From positions 295,016 to 359,015 of the forward strand of contig CAVYNY010000018.1 of NCBI GenBank assembly GCA_963769935.1: a stretch of DNA of 64,000 nucleotides. Direction: 5' to 3'. Of this stretch, positions 32,182 through 44,500 are shown piece after piece (position 1 is the stretch's first letter; each line of letters starts with the position of its first letter). The notes under the pieces were generated by a model. It saw only the letters and a list, made by a program, of their open reading frames with translations. It was not told where the DNA came from and searched no databases. The DNA is from an uncultured delta proteobacterium (GTDB taxonomy: Bacteria; Desulfobacterota; Desulfobacteria; Desulfobacterales; JAFDCJ01). The position numbers were made by a program, and so were the translations under genes.

Positions 32182-35100
32182 ATGGGGAAGAGGTTTATTT
32201 TTATAAGCCGGATAGGGGTATATCTTGTTGTTTTATCGGCCGGACTGCTTATGCTGGGTCCGGCTTTTTCTTTGGCCGCGGACACGGTCTGTGCGCGGGT
32301 CAAAATCGAGATCAAGCAGGAGTTGACCTTGGAGCGGCAGGCGTTTGATGCGCACATGCGCATTACCAACGGTCTGGCCGGCATCATGCTGGATAACGTC
32401 AGGGTCGACGTCGCTTTCTCCGACGAAGACGGCAACAGTGTCCCGGCCGGCTCCGATCCGGGCAACACGGATGCGCTTTTTTTTATCCGGCCGGATTCCA
32501 TGGAAAACATCCATGACATCGACGGTTCGGGCACTGTTGCACCGGCCACCACCGCCGACATCCACTGGCTGATCATTCCGGCCCCGGGTTCCTCCAACGG
32601 TCTTGCCAAAGGCACGCTGTATTATGTCGGCGCGCGGCTGACCTACACCATTGGCGGCGAACAAAAAGTCACCGAGGTTACCCCCGATTACATCTTTGTC
32701 AAACCCATGCCCGAGCTTACCCTGGATTATTTTCTGCCCGCCGATGTCTACGGCGATGATCCCCTTACGCCGGAAATCGAGCCGGTCATCCCGTTTTCGC
32801 TGGGCGTGCGGGTTAAAAACAGCGGCTATGGGTTTGCCCGCCAGCTTAAGATTGATTCGGCCCAGCCCAAAATCATTGAAAATGACCAGGGCTTGCTGAT
32901 CGGTTTTGCCATCGAGGGCAGCAAGGTCAACGGAGAGCCGGCCGTCGACAGTCTGCTGGTGGATTTCGGTGACATTGCGCCCGGCAGCGCGGGGACGGCC
33001 CGCTGGATCATGACCTGCACTCTGTCGGGCAAGTTTGTCTCGTTCAGCGCCGAATATTCCCATTCAGACGAATTGGGCGGTGAGTTGACCTCGCTGATGA
33101 ACCCGCCCCGAACGCACTTTCTGGTCCAGGACGTTTTCGTGGATTTGCCCGGTCGGGACGCAATTCGCGACTTTTTGGCCAGAGACGGCGGGGTGTATCG
33201 CATCTATGAGTCGGAGACCACCGGTCTGGGAGACCCGGCGGACGAAGATCCGGCGGTGGCCGACCAGTCGGCGGCAGCCAGTCTGCAGATGAGCGTAAGC
33301 TCCGGTCAGCTGACGGCACCGGCGACGGCCGGCTTCATGTACGTACAGATCAACGACCCGTTTGCCGGGCAGAAAGTCCTCAAAGAGGTGATTCGCTCCG
33401 ACGGCAAGCGGATCAAACCGGAAAATGCCTGGCTGTCCAAGACGCGCGACGGAGCGCAAAACTGGCACTATTACGCCAACCTGTTCGATATGAATTCGCC
33501 GGGCAGCTACACCTTAAAATTTGAGGAAGTTACCGCTGTTCCGCAGCCCCCGGTGCTGCAGTTTATTCAAAATAAAACCGGCCTCGAGGGGCAGCAGATT
33601 TCCTTTCTCATTCATGCCAGTGATCCCAACGGAACAACGCCCGTGCTCACGGCGGCACCCCTGCCGGCCGGAGTTGTGTTTACCGATCAGGCAACCGGAA
33701 CCGGTGTATTTGATTGGACCCCCGGCATGGGGCAGGCCGGAACCTATGAAATCACCTTTAAAGCCTCCGACGGCCATCTGGCCGACAGCCGGCGGGTGAT
33801 TGTGGTCATCCGGTCAATCGACGACACCGACGGAGACGGCTTGCCGGATGCCTGGGAGATGAAAAATTTTGGATCTTTGGACCGCGACGGCTCCGCGGAT
33901 TTTGATGAAGACGGCCTTTCGGATCTGGCTGAATTTCTTATAGGCTCCAATCCGGCTGCAGAGGACCATGCCCCCACTCTTCCCGCAATTGCTGACCCTC
34001 CGGAGGGTGCTGATGTTGTCCTGCTGCAGCCGGATCTGGTGATTGAAAACAGCACCGATGAAGACGGTGACCTCCTGGCTTACGAGTTTGAGGTCTTTGC
34101 CGATCCGGCCATGACGGTTCTTGCGGCTGCGTCCGCTGATGTTGCGGAAACTGAGGATACCACCTCCTGGACGCTGCCGGACGCTCTCAACGACAACAGC
34201 CGCTATTATTGGCGCGTGCGGGCCACCGATGGCTACAGCTTCAGCCTGTGGACGTATGGAAGCTTCTTTGTGAATACAGCCAACAGCGCCCCCGGTCCTT
34301 TTAATGTCAGCTATCCGCGGGATGATTCTGAAGTCGACACTCTAACACCGGTTCTTGAAATTACCAACAGTCTGGATGTGGATCAAGATGATGTCACCTA
34401 CACCTTCGAAGTGTATGAAGACCGCACCATGAGCACCCCTGTAGCGTCGGCAACCGGCATTTCCCAAGGGCCGGGCGGGACGACGTGCTGGACGGTTCCC
34501 CCGGCATTGGCCGACAATACCTGGTATTTCTGGCGGGTGGTGGCCGTCGATGAACACAATGCCCGGGTCGAAACTGAATCGAGCTCTTTTTTGGTCAATA
34601 CCGCCCGTAAAGCACCGGATGCCCCGCGGATTGCATATCCGGCCCTGAATGCCGAAGCGGATGCTCTTGAGTTGGATCTGGCGGCAACCGGCAAAGGGGA
34701 TACGGACAGCATCTATTATTATTTTGAACTGGATAAAGTGAACACGTTTGATGGTCCTGCCCGCCTGGCTTCCGGTGAAATACCGGCGGGTGCCGAAATC
34801 GCGATCTGGCATGTGTTCGGCCTTGAAGACAACACCCGCTATTTCTGGCGTGTCAAAGCCGGAGACGAAATTGCCGAAAGCCGATGGACGACAGGCGAAT
34901 TTTTTGTCAATACCGCCAATCAGGCGCCATCGGTACCGACTCTCAACAACCCCGGGCATCAGGCCTGGGTTGGCGCCACAAGGCCGACACTGGGCGTCAA
35001 TCCGGCCGTTGATCCGGATGACGACCGCCTGAGCTACCACTTTGAAGTCTATGATGATGCCGAATTAACCCGTCTAAGGGCGCAGGGCGAATCGCCAACC

Positions 35101-38100
35101 TCCCAATGGACACTCCCCGAAGAACTGGCGGATAAAACCCGCTATTACTGGCGTGCAGCAGCTGAAGACGAGCATGGTCTGGCCGGCGACTGGATGAATG
35201 CCGCTTCCTTTTTTGTCAAAGATGCCGGGCCGGTTGTGCCGCCCGCCGAGATCGCCGTAAATGTTGCCTTCAGCACGGGCAGGGTGCTTGCCGGCCTGAA
35301 AATTTATTCCTTCACCCAGGCCGGTGTCTACACGGGCAAATCCGCTACAACAGATGAAAGCGGCACCGCTCTTTTTGCCGCCGCAGATTTTGCCGACGGG
35401 TCTTACATCTTCCGGGTGGATTACCTGGGGCAGCAATTCTGGTCCGGTGTGCTCTTACTGCCCGGGACCTATCAGCTGGATGTGATTATCAATGAAGAAA
35501 CCGTTGCGGTCGCCGTTGGCACCGGTGCCGGACCGGTCGCGGGCAGCAAGGTTTACCTGTTTTCCTCGGGCGGCTCCTATCTTGGAATTAATTCTGCCAC
35601 GGATGAAAACGGCACCGTTTTTTTTCAACTGCCCGCCGGAATACCCTTCAAGTTCCGGGCCGATATTTTAGGCAGCCAATACTGGAGTGATATTACAACA
35701 ATCGAAACCGGCGGTACCAGCCGGATTGAACTGGGGGCGGGCGGCGGCCATTTTCAGGTAACCCTTCGGGACGATGCTGCCATGCCGCTGGCGGGAATCA
35801 GGTGCTATCTGTTCAGCGCTGCCGGCGGCTATCTCGGATTGAATCAGGCAACCGATTCGGAGGGACGGGTGGCCTTTGATGTGCCTGAAGCAATTTATAA
35901 GGTGCGGGCCGATTATCTGGGTTATCAATTCTGGAGCTCGGAAACACAGGTTGTCATTGATACCAATATCGATTTTGCCATTGCCCGTCAGGACGTGGCC
36001 GTCACGGTTAACAGCCTGTTTCAGAATACCGCCATGCCGCTGGCCGGGATTCAGGTGTACCTGTTTAATCCTTCGGGTTCTTATATCGGCCGCTATCTGA
36101 CGACCGATGACAGGGGACAGGCAGCGTTTTATCTGCCTCAGCAGCCCTATAAAATTCGGGCCGATTTTCTGGGGCAGCAGTACTGGTCGGAGGTCTTCAC
36201 CTGGACCGATACCATCGTGAACATTCCCATGGCCGATGTTGAAATCAGCGTCATCGGCGGTACGCTGCCCGTGGCAGGTCAGGAAGTGTATGTGTTTTCG
36301 GCCGCCGATTCCTATCTGGGTATGCATCAATCCACCGACGGCGACGGCAGGGTGTTTTTCAGGCTGCCGGAAGGAGAGTACAAATTCCGCGCTGATTATC
36401 AGGGCGGCCAATTCTGGAGTGGGGTTGAGATGCTGGCCGTTGATGAGCTGAATTCCGTCACTCTTTCAACCGGCGGCGGCAGTTTTACCGTATCGGTTCT
36501 GAAGGGCAATTCAGAACCGCTGTCCGGTCTCAAAGCATACGTGTTCAATACCGCCGGCAACTATTTAGGCATGGCCGGGGCCACCGACAGCAATGGGCAG
36601 GTATTTTTTAATCTGGCGGTCGGCAATTTTAAGTTCAGGGTCGATTATCTGGCGCACGAATTCTGGAGTGAGGAAGTCACGGTACCCGATGTGATGTCGG
36701 CCGAGGTGATTATCGCGCATCAAACAACCACGGTTCAGGTGATCACGGGCGCGGGACCCGTGGAAGGCGCCAGGGTCTATCTTTTTTCCGACAGCGGGTC
36801 GTATCTCGGCCGCTGCCGGCAGACCGATGCCGCCGGCCTAGCCGTCTTTGACCTGCCGGTCGGCTTAAACTTTCAGTTCCGGGCTGACATTCTAGACAAC
36901 CCATACTGGAGCGAAGTTTCGACCGTTGCCGGCGACATGCCCAGCAACGTCCTGCTCGCTGCCGGCGGCGGTTTGCTGCAGGCGACGGTGCAAAAAGATG
37001 AAGAGACCCCCATGCCAGGCTGCAAAGTATCTCTTTTCAACACTGCGGGTACTTACCTGGGCGCCAATGCCTTGACCGACGGATTCGGTCTGGCGGAATT
37101 TGCTGTACCCGCGGGCACTTACAAACTACGGGTGGATTACCTTGGTTTTCAGTTCTGGAGCGCGAAAACCCTGGTTGCCGGAGACATGCCGGTTACGGTG
37201 AATATCCCGCACATGGCGGTTGAGATCACCGCGCAAGGTCTGTTCCAGGGGGTGCCGGTTCCAATTGAAGGAATTAAGGTTTATCTGTTTTCCCCCACGG
37301 ATGTCTACCTCGGCCAAAATCAAATCACCGATGCCGAGGGAAAGATGATTTTCGACCTGCCGCCGAAGCAGTACAAGGTGCGGGCGGATTATCTGGGCCG
37401 GCAGTTCTGGTCCGAGGTGTTTGACTGGCAGCATACCCCTGTCAATATCCCCCTGGCCGATGCTCAAGTCACGGTGACCGGGGCCGGCTTTCCCCGTCAG
37501 GACGTCAAAATATACGTATTTACCCCGGAGGGCACTTATCTGGGGCTTTCGGCCACAACCGATGCCGGCGGCAAGGCGGCCTGGCGGCTGCCGGCCGGTG
37601 CCTATAAGTTTCGGGTGGACTATCAGGGCCACCAATACTGGAGTGTCGAGCAGACCCTGACCGCTGATCTGGTAAACCCGGTGATTGTTTCGGTGGGCGG
37701 CGGATCGTTTAACTTAACAGTCTTAAAATCAGCGGCCGATCCCCTCGAGGGCATCAGGTGTTATGTGTTCAACGAGCAGGAGACATACCTCGGTTTAATG
37801 GGGGCCGCCAACTCCGACGGCCAAGTTTTTTTTGACCTGGCTGACGGTGCCTACAAGATGCGGGTGGACCATTTGGGTTACCAGTTCTGGAGTCCGGCAT
37901 ATGAAGTCCCCGATACGCTGTTCGCCGCTTTGGACCTCGGGCAGCAGGATGTGGTCGTTGCCGTGGAAGGTCTGTATCAAACCGTCGACCCTCTGGCCGG
38001 GCTGAAGGTCTATCTGTTTACGCCGGAAAATTCCTATCTGGGTCAAAATAAGACAACCGACGCCGACGGCCGGGTAACGTTTAGCCTGCCCGATCGGCCA

Positions 38101-38430
38101 TACCGGATTCGCGTCGACTATCTGGGGCATCAATTCTGGTCGGATAATTTTCAGACGCAAAACACCACCGTGACGATTCACAGGGGAATGGCGGCGGTTC
38201 ATGCCAGTCGATCGGGTTTCGATGCACCGGGAGCGGCGGTTTATCTTTTCAGTGAAAACGGATCCTATCTCGGGTGGAAAGAAACCACGGATGCAAACGG
38301 TCGAGCAGAGTTTATCCTGCCGGACCGTTCGTTCAAGTTCCGGGTGGATGACAAGGGGGAGCAGTACTGGAGCGATGTTGTTCAGATTCAGGCCGTTGAA
38401 GTGAACGCCGTTGAAGTGAATTTTGATTAA
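32182..38430 (+). CDS. Large secreted multidomain protein (~2080 aa): conserved N-terminal module, Ig-like domain, Ca-binding DxDGDG repeats, four Fn3-like repeats and 13 carboxypeptidase-regulatory-like repeats
   Basis: ggagggg RBS before the ATG at 32182; signal peptide ending AFSLA-A; DTDGDGLPD; four Y.FEV...Y(Y/F)WRV units; 13 units of VYLF...G.YLG...TD..G...F.LP...YK.R.DY.G.Q(F/Y)WS. Confidence 0.85.
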   Translation: MGKRFIFISRIGVYLVVLSAGLLMLGPAFSLAADTVCARVKIEIKQELTLERQAFDAHMRITNGLAGIMLDNVRVDVAFSDEDGNSVPAGSDPGNTDALFFIRPDSMENIHDIDGSGTVAPATTADIHWLIIPAPGSSNGLAKGTLYYVGARLTYTIGGEQKVTEVTPDYIFVKPMPELTLDYFLPADVYGDDPLTPEIEPVIPFSLGVRVKNSGYGFARQLKIDSAQPKIIENDQGLLIGFAIEGSKVNGEPAVDSLLVDFGDIAPGSAGTARWIMTCTLSGKFVSFSAEYSHSDELGGELTSLMNPPRTHFLVQDVFVDLPGRDAIRDFLARDGGVYRIYESETTGLGDPADEDPAVADQSAAASLQMSVSSGQLTAPATAGFMYVQINDPFAGQKVLKEVIRSDGKRIKPENAWLSKTRDGAQNWHYYANLFDMNSPGSYTLKFEEVTAVPQPPVLQFIQNKTGLEGQQISFLIHASDPNGTTPVLTAAPLPAGVVFTDQATGTGVFDWTPGMGQAGTYEITFKASDGHLADSRRVIVVIRSIDDTDGDGLPDAWEMKNFGSLDRDGSADFDEDGLSDLAEFLIGSNPAAEDHAPTLPAIADPPEGADVVLLQPDLVIENSTDEDGDLLAYEFEVFADPAMTVLAAASADVAETEDTTSWTLPDALNDNSRYYWRVRATDGYSFSLWTYGSFFVNTANSAPGPFNVSYPRDDSEVDTLTPVLEITNSLDVDQDDVTYTFEVYEDRTMSTPVASATGISQGPGGTTCWTVPPALADNTWYFWRVVAVDEHNARVETESSSFLVNTARKAPDAPRIAYPALNAEADALELDLAATGKGDTDSIYYYFELDKVNTFDGPARLASGEIPAGAEIAIWHVFGLEDNTRYFWRVKAGDEIAESRWTTGEFFVNTANQAPSVPTLNNPGHQAWVGATRPTLGVNPAVDPDDDRLSYHFEVYDDAELTRLRAQGESPTSQWTLPEELADKTRYYWRAAAEDEHGLAGDWMNAASFFVKDAGPVVPPAEIAVNVAFSTGRVLAGLKIYSFTQAGVYTGKSATTDESGTALFAAADFADGSYIFRVDYLGQQFWSGVLLLPGTYQLDVIINEETVAVAVGTGAGPVAGSKVYLFSSGGSYLGINSATDENGTVFFQLPAGIPFKFRADILGSQYWSDITTIETGGTSRIELGAGGGHFQVTLRDDAAMPLAGIRCYLFSAAGGYLGLNQATDSEGRVAFDVPEAIYKVRADYLGYQFWSSETQVVIDTNIDFAIARQDVAVTVNSLFQNTAMPLAGIQVYLFNPSGSYIGRYLTTDDRGQAAFYLPQQPYKIRADFLGQQYWSEVFTWTDTIVNIPMADVEISVIGGTLPVAGQEVYVFSAADSYLGMHQSTDGDGRVFFRLPEGEYKFRADYQGGQFWSGVEMLAVDELNSVTLSTGGGSFTVSVLKGNSEPLSGLKAYVFNTAGNYLGMAGATDSNGQVFFNLAVGNFKFRVDYLAHEFWSEEVTVPDVMSAEVIIAHQTTTVQVITGAGPVEGARVYLFSDSGSYLGRCRQTDAAGLAVFDLPVGLNFQFRADILDNPYWSEVSTVAGDMPSNVLLAAGGGLLQATVQKDEETPMPGCKVSLFNTAGTYLGANALTDGFGLAEFAVPAGTYKLRVDYLGFQFWSAKTLVAGDMPVTVNIPHMAVEITAQGLFQGVPVPIEGIKVYLFSPTDVYLGQNQITDAEGKMIFDLPPKQYKVRADYLGRQFWSEVFDWQHTPVNIPLADAQVTVTGAGFPRQDVKIYVFTPEGTYLGLSATTDAGGKAAWRLPAGAYKFRVDYQGHQYWSVEQTLTADLVNPVIVSVGGGSFNLTVLKSAADPLEGIRCYVFNEQETYLGLMGAANSDGQVFFDLADGAYKMRVDHLGYQFWSPAYEVPDTLFAALDLGQQDVVVAVEGLYQTVDPLAGLKVYLFTPENSYLGQNKTTDADGRVTFSLPDRPYRIRVDYLGHQFWSDNFQTQNTTVTIHRGMAAVHASRSGFDAPGAAVYLFSENGSYLGWKETTDANGRAEFILPDRSFKFRVDDKGEQYWSDVVQIQAVEVNAVEVNFD

Positions 38431-38507
38431 TTAATCCATCCTGAAAAATAGCACAATTCAGGGCGGAGTAATTATGCAATGAAAACATAATTAATTAGAG
38501 GAAAGTT

Positions 38508-41500
38508 ATGGGGCATTCAAGGGTTCGGGGATGGATGATGCTGTTAGTGGCGGGGGCTATTGTTTTTTCCGGAGTTGTTTCTGCTGATGCGGAATCCGAA
38601 TTATCCGTGACGCTGCCGCCATACGCTACGGAAGGCGCTGGACAGCTTGCGGGAGCAGGGAGTGTAACGGCATCGGAGCCTCCTGTGTCGGATGTGATTG
38701 TCGATCTGTATTCAAACGACCCATCGAAGGTCATCGTACCTGCCGGCGTGACGATTCCAGCCGGCCAAAGTTCGGCGGCGTTTGATCTTACCATTATAGA
38801 TGATCTTATCATCGATAAAATAACTGCTGTGACCGTCACTGCCTCGGCGCCGCAATGGTCGGCCGGTAAAGACACAATTTTGGTGGCCGACAATGACAGC
38901 ATCGATATTTCACATGCTGTTGCTTGCGGATATTATCACACACTGGCGTTGGAAAACGACGGCAGCGTATGGTCATGGGGAGCTGACGGAAACACTCCGG
39001 CGCCGGTCCCCGGAATAACCGAAATCATTGCCGTAGCGGCCGGATTTAAACATTCAATGGCGCTTCAAGCAGATGGCAACGTCTGGGCTTGGGGGGATAA
39101 TCATTTCGGACAGTTGGGTGAAGGAACGACAACCGATAGCAGTTCGCCCGTGCCGGTGTCCGGTCTTTCCGGAGTCATTGAAATCGCTGCAGGTTATTTT
39201 CACAGCATCGCTTTAAAGAGCGATGGCAGTGTGTGGGCCTGGGGAAGTAATACCTACGGACAATTAGGTGATGGGACGACAATCCATCGCAGCATACCCG
39301 TACAGGTCTCTAACTTGACCGACGTGGTTTCGATTGTCGCAGGACATTATCATAACCTGGCCCTAAAGGCCGATGGCAGCGTTTGGGTCTGGGGTGCTAA
39401 TTTTTATGGGCAGTTGGGTGAAGGAACGACAACCGATAGCAATACGCCCGTGCAAGTGCCTGGTCTTTCCGGAGTCACTGAAATCGCTGCTGGATCTGGT
39501 CACAGCCTGGCCATAAAGTCCGATGGCAGTGTATGGGCCTGGGGAAGCAACTACGAGGGGCAGATAGGTGAGGCAACACCGACCACTATCAGCATGCCCG
39601 TGCCGGTGTCACCGCTTAGCGGCATGGTTTCAATTGCCGCAGGATATTGTCATAGTCTGGCCTTAAAATCTGACGGCAGCGTCTGGACCTGGGGTTATAA
39701 CATATACGGGCAACTGGGAAGCGGAACCACTGAAAGCAGCAGCACGCCGCTGCAAGTCCCCAGTATTGAAGACGTTATTGCGACATTCGGCGGATTTAAT
39801 CGTACCCTGGCGGTTAAAGCGGACGGAACCATCTGGGCGTGGGGCCGGAATGATTCAGGTCAGCTGGGAGACGGCACCACCGAAAACAGGTTTTCTCCGG
39901 TCCAGGTGATTGGGTTTGGAGGAGCGGGCTTTTTTAACCTGAAAACCCTCGCAGTCAGCATTCCTGCAGATGTGGTTGAAAGCGGTGGTGTGCTTGAGAA
40001 TCAGGGGTTGGTGAGTATTGACGAACCCTTAGCCGACGATTTACTGGTGGAACTGAGTGCCGATGATTCCTCCGCGGTTCTGGTGCCGGCCACAGTGATC
40101 ATTCTGGCCGGGCAGACTTTTTCCGCTTTTGATTTGACCTTGGTGGATGACGATCTGCTGGACGGAACCCAAACGGTCACGGTTGCCGCATCGGCGCCTG
40201 ATTTTTCCGAAGGTACCGACACCATCCGGGTACATGATGATGAAACTGCGACGCTCAGTGTGGTTTTGCCGGAAGGCGCCCGGGAAGGAGACGGCGTACT
40301 TGCGGAGCAAGGGGCTGTCAACGTTAACACCCCTGTGGACAGTGATGTGGTAATTTCTTTGATCTCCAATGACACCAGCGAAATCACTGTGCCGGAAACT
40401 GTAACGATTGCAGCAGGGCAGACATCAACTTTATTTAACCTGACAATCATCGACGATACCGAAATTGATGATACTCGGACCGCGACCGTCACGGCATCCG
40501 TGACGGGCTGGAGTTCCGGCAGTGGTACCATGAACATATCAGACAATGAAATTAAAGAGTTGAGCATCGAATTACCGGAATCGGTTTCCGAGCGAGCAGG
40601 TCTGATGAGTGATGCTGGTAGTGTAATTATTCCGGGAACATTGACATACGGTCTTACGGTAAACCTTTCATCGGATAACCTCGTGAAGGCAGCAGTTCCG
40701 GTGACGGCCACCATACCGGCGGGTCAAACACGGGCGACCTTTGATTTGACCATTTTTGATAATGCATCCATCGACGGAGATTTTTCTGTAACCATTACAG
40801 CTTCGATTCCGGATTGGACTGCCGGCAGTGATAAGTTACAAGTATTGGACAATGATGGTGTGATCCCGACACCTGCTATTGCTGCCGGTGGTTCTCATAG
40901 CCTGGTACTCAAAGATGATATGACAGTCTGGGCTTGGGGTGACAACTACAGCGGGCAGTTGGGTGATGGCACAACGGTGGATAGCAGCTTACCTGTTAAG
41001 GTCTCTATCCTTACCGGCGTGATTTCTATTGCAGCGGGATATTTTCATAGCCTGGCCTTAAAAGCAGATGGCAGCGTTTGGGCTTGGGGCGAAAACTACC
41101 GCGGGCAGTTGGGTGATGGAACGACAACCAATAGCAGCATACCCGTCCAGGTGTACGGTCTCTCCGATATAATTGGAGTTGCTGCAGGAGAATATCATAG
41201 CCTGGCCCTAAAAGCGGATGGCAGCGTTTGGGCTTGGGGCGAAAACTACCGCGGGCAATTGGGTGATGGAACGACAACCAATAGCAGCACACCCGTCCAG
41301 GTCGCTAATCTTTCCGGTGTGGCTTCCCTATCGGCAGGCTATTATCATAGCCTGGCCTTAAAAGCGGATGGCAGCGTGTGGGCCTGGGGTTATAATTCAT
41401 ATGGACAGCTGGGTGAAGGAACGAAAATCAATAGTAACACACCTGTGCAGGTGTCAGGTCTTTCCGATGTAATTGGAGTTGCTGCAGGCTATTATCACAG

Positions 41501-44500
41501 CCTGGCCATAAAGTCCGATGGAAGTGTATGGGCCTGGGGAAGTAACTACCAGGGGCAGATAGGTGAGGAAACAACGACTACTTTCAGCACGCCTGTGCAG
41601 GTATCATCGCTTAGCGGCATGGTTTCAATTGCCGCAGGATATTATCATAGCTTGGCTTTAAAATCTGACGGCAGCGTTTGGACCTGGGGTTATAATTCTT
41701 ACGGGCAACTGGGTGATGGAACGGAAATTAATAGCAGCACACCCGTCCAGGTCGCTAATCTTTCCGGTGTGGCTTCCCTATCGGCAGGCTATTATCATAG
41801 CCTGGCCTTAAAAGCGGATGGCAGCGTGTGGGCCTGGGGTTATAATTCTTACGGGCAACTGGGCGATGGATCAGTTGCCAATAGCCTGGTTCCTTCGCCG
41901 GTAAGCGATTCTGCAGGTACAAAGCCATTGGACATTATCGGACTGGCGGTGGTGTTGCCCCAGTTTGCAACCGAAGGCGATGGCATCCTAATTGGTCAAG
42001 GGACTGTCAGCGTCAACAATGCACCCACAAGTAGTTTGGTAATCAATTTGGTTTCTGAGGATCCTTCCGAAATCATCGCACCTGTTACGGTCTTCATACC
42101 CGCGGGGCAGACGTCGGCTGCTTTTGATATTGAGATGGTCGATGATGCCCTTCTCGATGGCTCCCAAATTGTCCGCATCACTGCGTCTGCCACGGGTTAT
42201 TATCCAGCTGCGGGTGAAATGAGCGTTTATGACAATGAAGTTGCCAGCCTGACCGTCGAATTGCCGTTGGGTGCTGTTGAAGGGGTCGGATTGCTGGACG
42301 ATCAAGGGACGGTCATCGTGGACCTTCCGGTGGATAATGATGTGGTCGTTTCGCTGACCTCTACTGATACCAGCGAAATCATGGTGCCGGAAACTGTGAC
42401 GATTCCTACAGGACAGACATCAGCTTCATTCAATCTGACAATCATTGACGATACTGAAATTGACGGAACTCAGCTGACGACAATTACAGCTTCAGTGCCG
42501 GGGTGGACGCCGGGCAGCAATACCATTGTCGTCGATGACGACGAAACAAAGAACCTGACCGTCTTAATTCCGGAGCGGGTTACCGAACTTGCCGGTGTAC
42601 TGGTAAATGGCGGCACGGTTTCCATTGGCGGTACCTATGCTTCCGATTTAGATATCAATCTGACCTCGGACGATGTGTCTGTTGTCGCATTGCCGGCGGC
42701 GGTCACGATTCCGGCAGGGAAAACTTCAGCAGCTTTTGACATATCCATTATTGATCATTACGAAATTGACGGCGACCGGCTTGTGACAGTAGCGGCCGCT
42801 GCTGAAAATTGGATTCCCGGTGTGGCGTCCGTTTTAGTAATAGATGTGGCTGGTGAAAATTGGTCTGCTGCCTTGGCCGCTGGTAAAGACCATACTATAG
42901 TTCTGAATTCTGCCGGAACAATTTTGGCTTGGGGTCAAAATAATTACTCTCAACTTGGCGATGGGACCCAAGAGAATCGCTCCACCCCCCTGCCTGTATC
43001 TGGTATAACTGCTGTGCGAGCGATTGCCGCCGGCGGTCTGCACAGCCTGGCTTTGACGGTCGACGGGACGTTGTGGGCCTGGGGCTATAATGATGGAGGT
43101 CAGCTTGGCGACGGAACCTACCAGCAAAAATCCGTTCCGGCGCAGGTGGTGGGTTTAAGCGATGTGATTGCTGTGGCTGCCGGTTACTGGCACAGTTTGG
43201 CGCTGAAGGTCGATGGGACCTTATGGAGCTGGGGTGAAAATTCCGATGGTCAGCTTGGCGACGGAACCTACCAGCAAAAATCCGTTCCGGCGCAGGTTGC
43301 GGGTTTAAGCGATGTGGTTGCTGTGGCTGCCGGTTACTGGCACAGTTTGGCCCTTAAATCGGATGGATCGATCTGGGCGTGGGGCGACAACTATTACGGT
43401 CAACTCGGTGATGGAACCCAGACCCGACGACCGTCACCGGTAAAAATAGAAGGCGTTGCCGACATTGTCTCCCTGGACGGCGGTTTGACTTTCAGTCTGG
43501 CGCTAAAGGCAGATGGAACGGTGTGGGCTTGGGGTTTCAACAATTGGGGCCAGCTGGGAGATAATACGACGGAAAACCACGCTTCCCCGGTCAAGGTAAA
43601 GAATTTGAGGGATGTGATTGCTGTCGCAGCAGGAGATAGTCACATTCTGGCGCTGAAGAGGGACGGGAGCGTCTGGACCTGGGGTTACAATTATTACGGT
43701 CAGCTGGGAGACGGGACAAATCAGAACAGTTTTACTCCGGTACAGGTAACGGGCTTAGCCGGTGTGGTTGCCGTCGCTGCCGGCGGGTCATACAGCCTGG
43801 CGCTGAAGTCGGATGGAAGCCTTTGGGCCTGGGGATATAATTATTGCGGTCAGCTGGGAGATGGGACTAATATTAGCACAAATTCCCCGGTTCAAGCTAG
43901 GGGTGCGGGAGAATCGGAATTTCTTGATCTTACTTCTTTACAAATCGTGCTGCCGGAAAATGTCGCTGAGGACGCCGGCCGGCTGACAGGAGCGGGAATT
44001 ATCCGACTCGATTCACTTTCAGCCGGCGATTTGCAGGTAAGCTTAACATCCAGCGACACGTCGCTCGTTTCAGTTCCAAATGTCGTTACAATCCCGGCCG
44101 GTCAGACGACGGCTGCTTTTGATCTGGAGATCTATGATGACACGCTGCTGACCGGCAGCCGCGGTGCAGTGATCACGGCCACTGCCACCAGACACGCGCC
44201 TTCCAGAGACTGGATTCTGGTGAGTGATAATGAAACTGCGGTCGTGACGGTGGAAATTCCCCCAACTGCTTCGGAAACATCGGGTGTGCTCAGTGGACAG
44301 GGGACCGTATCAGTCAGCCTGCCGGTGGATGTTGATGTCAGCATTTCTTTGAGTTCCGAAGATGCCAGTGAGGTCATTGTTCCTTCCGAGGTAACCATTC
44401 TTGCCCACCAGACGTCGGCGGTATTCGATTTGGAAATTGTTGACGACGACGAGATCGACGGAACAAAGCAGGTAGCGGTTACAGCCGTTTTTGACAATTG

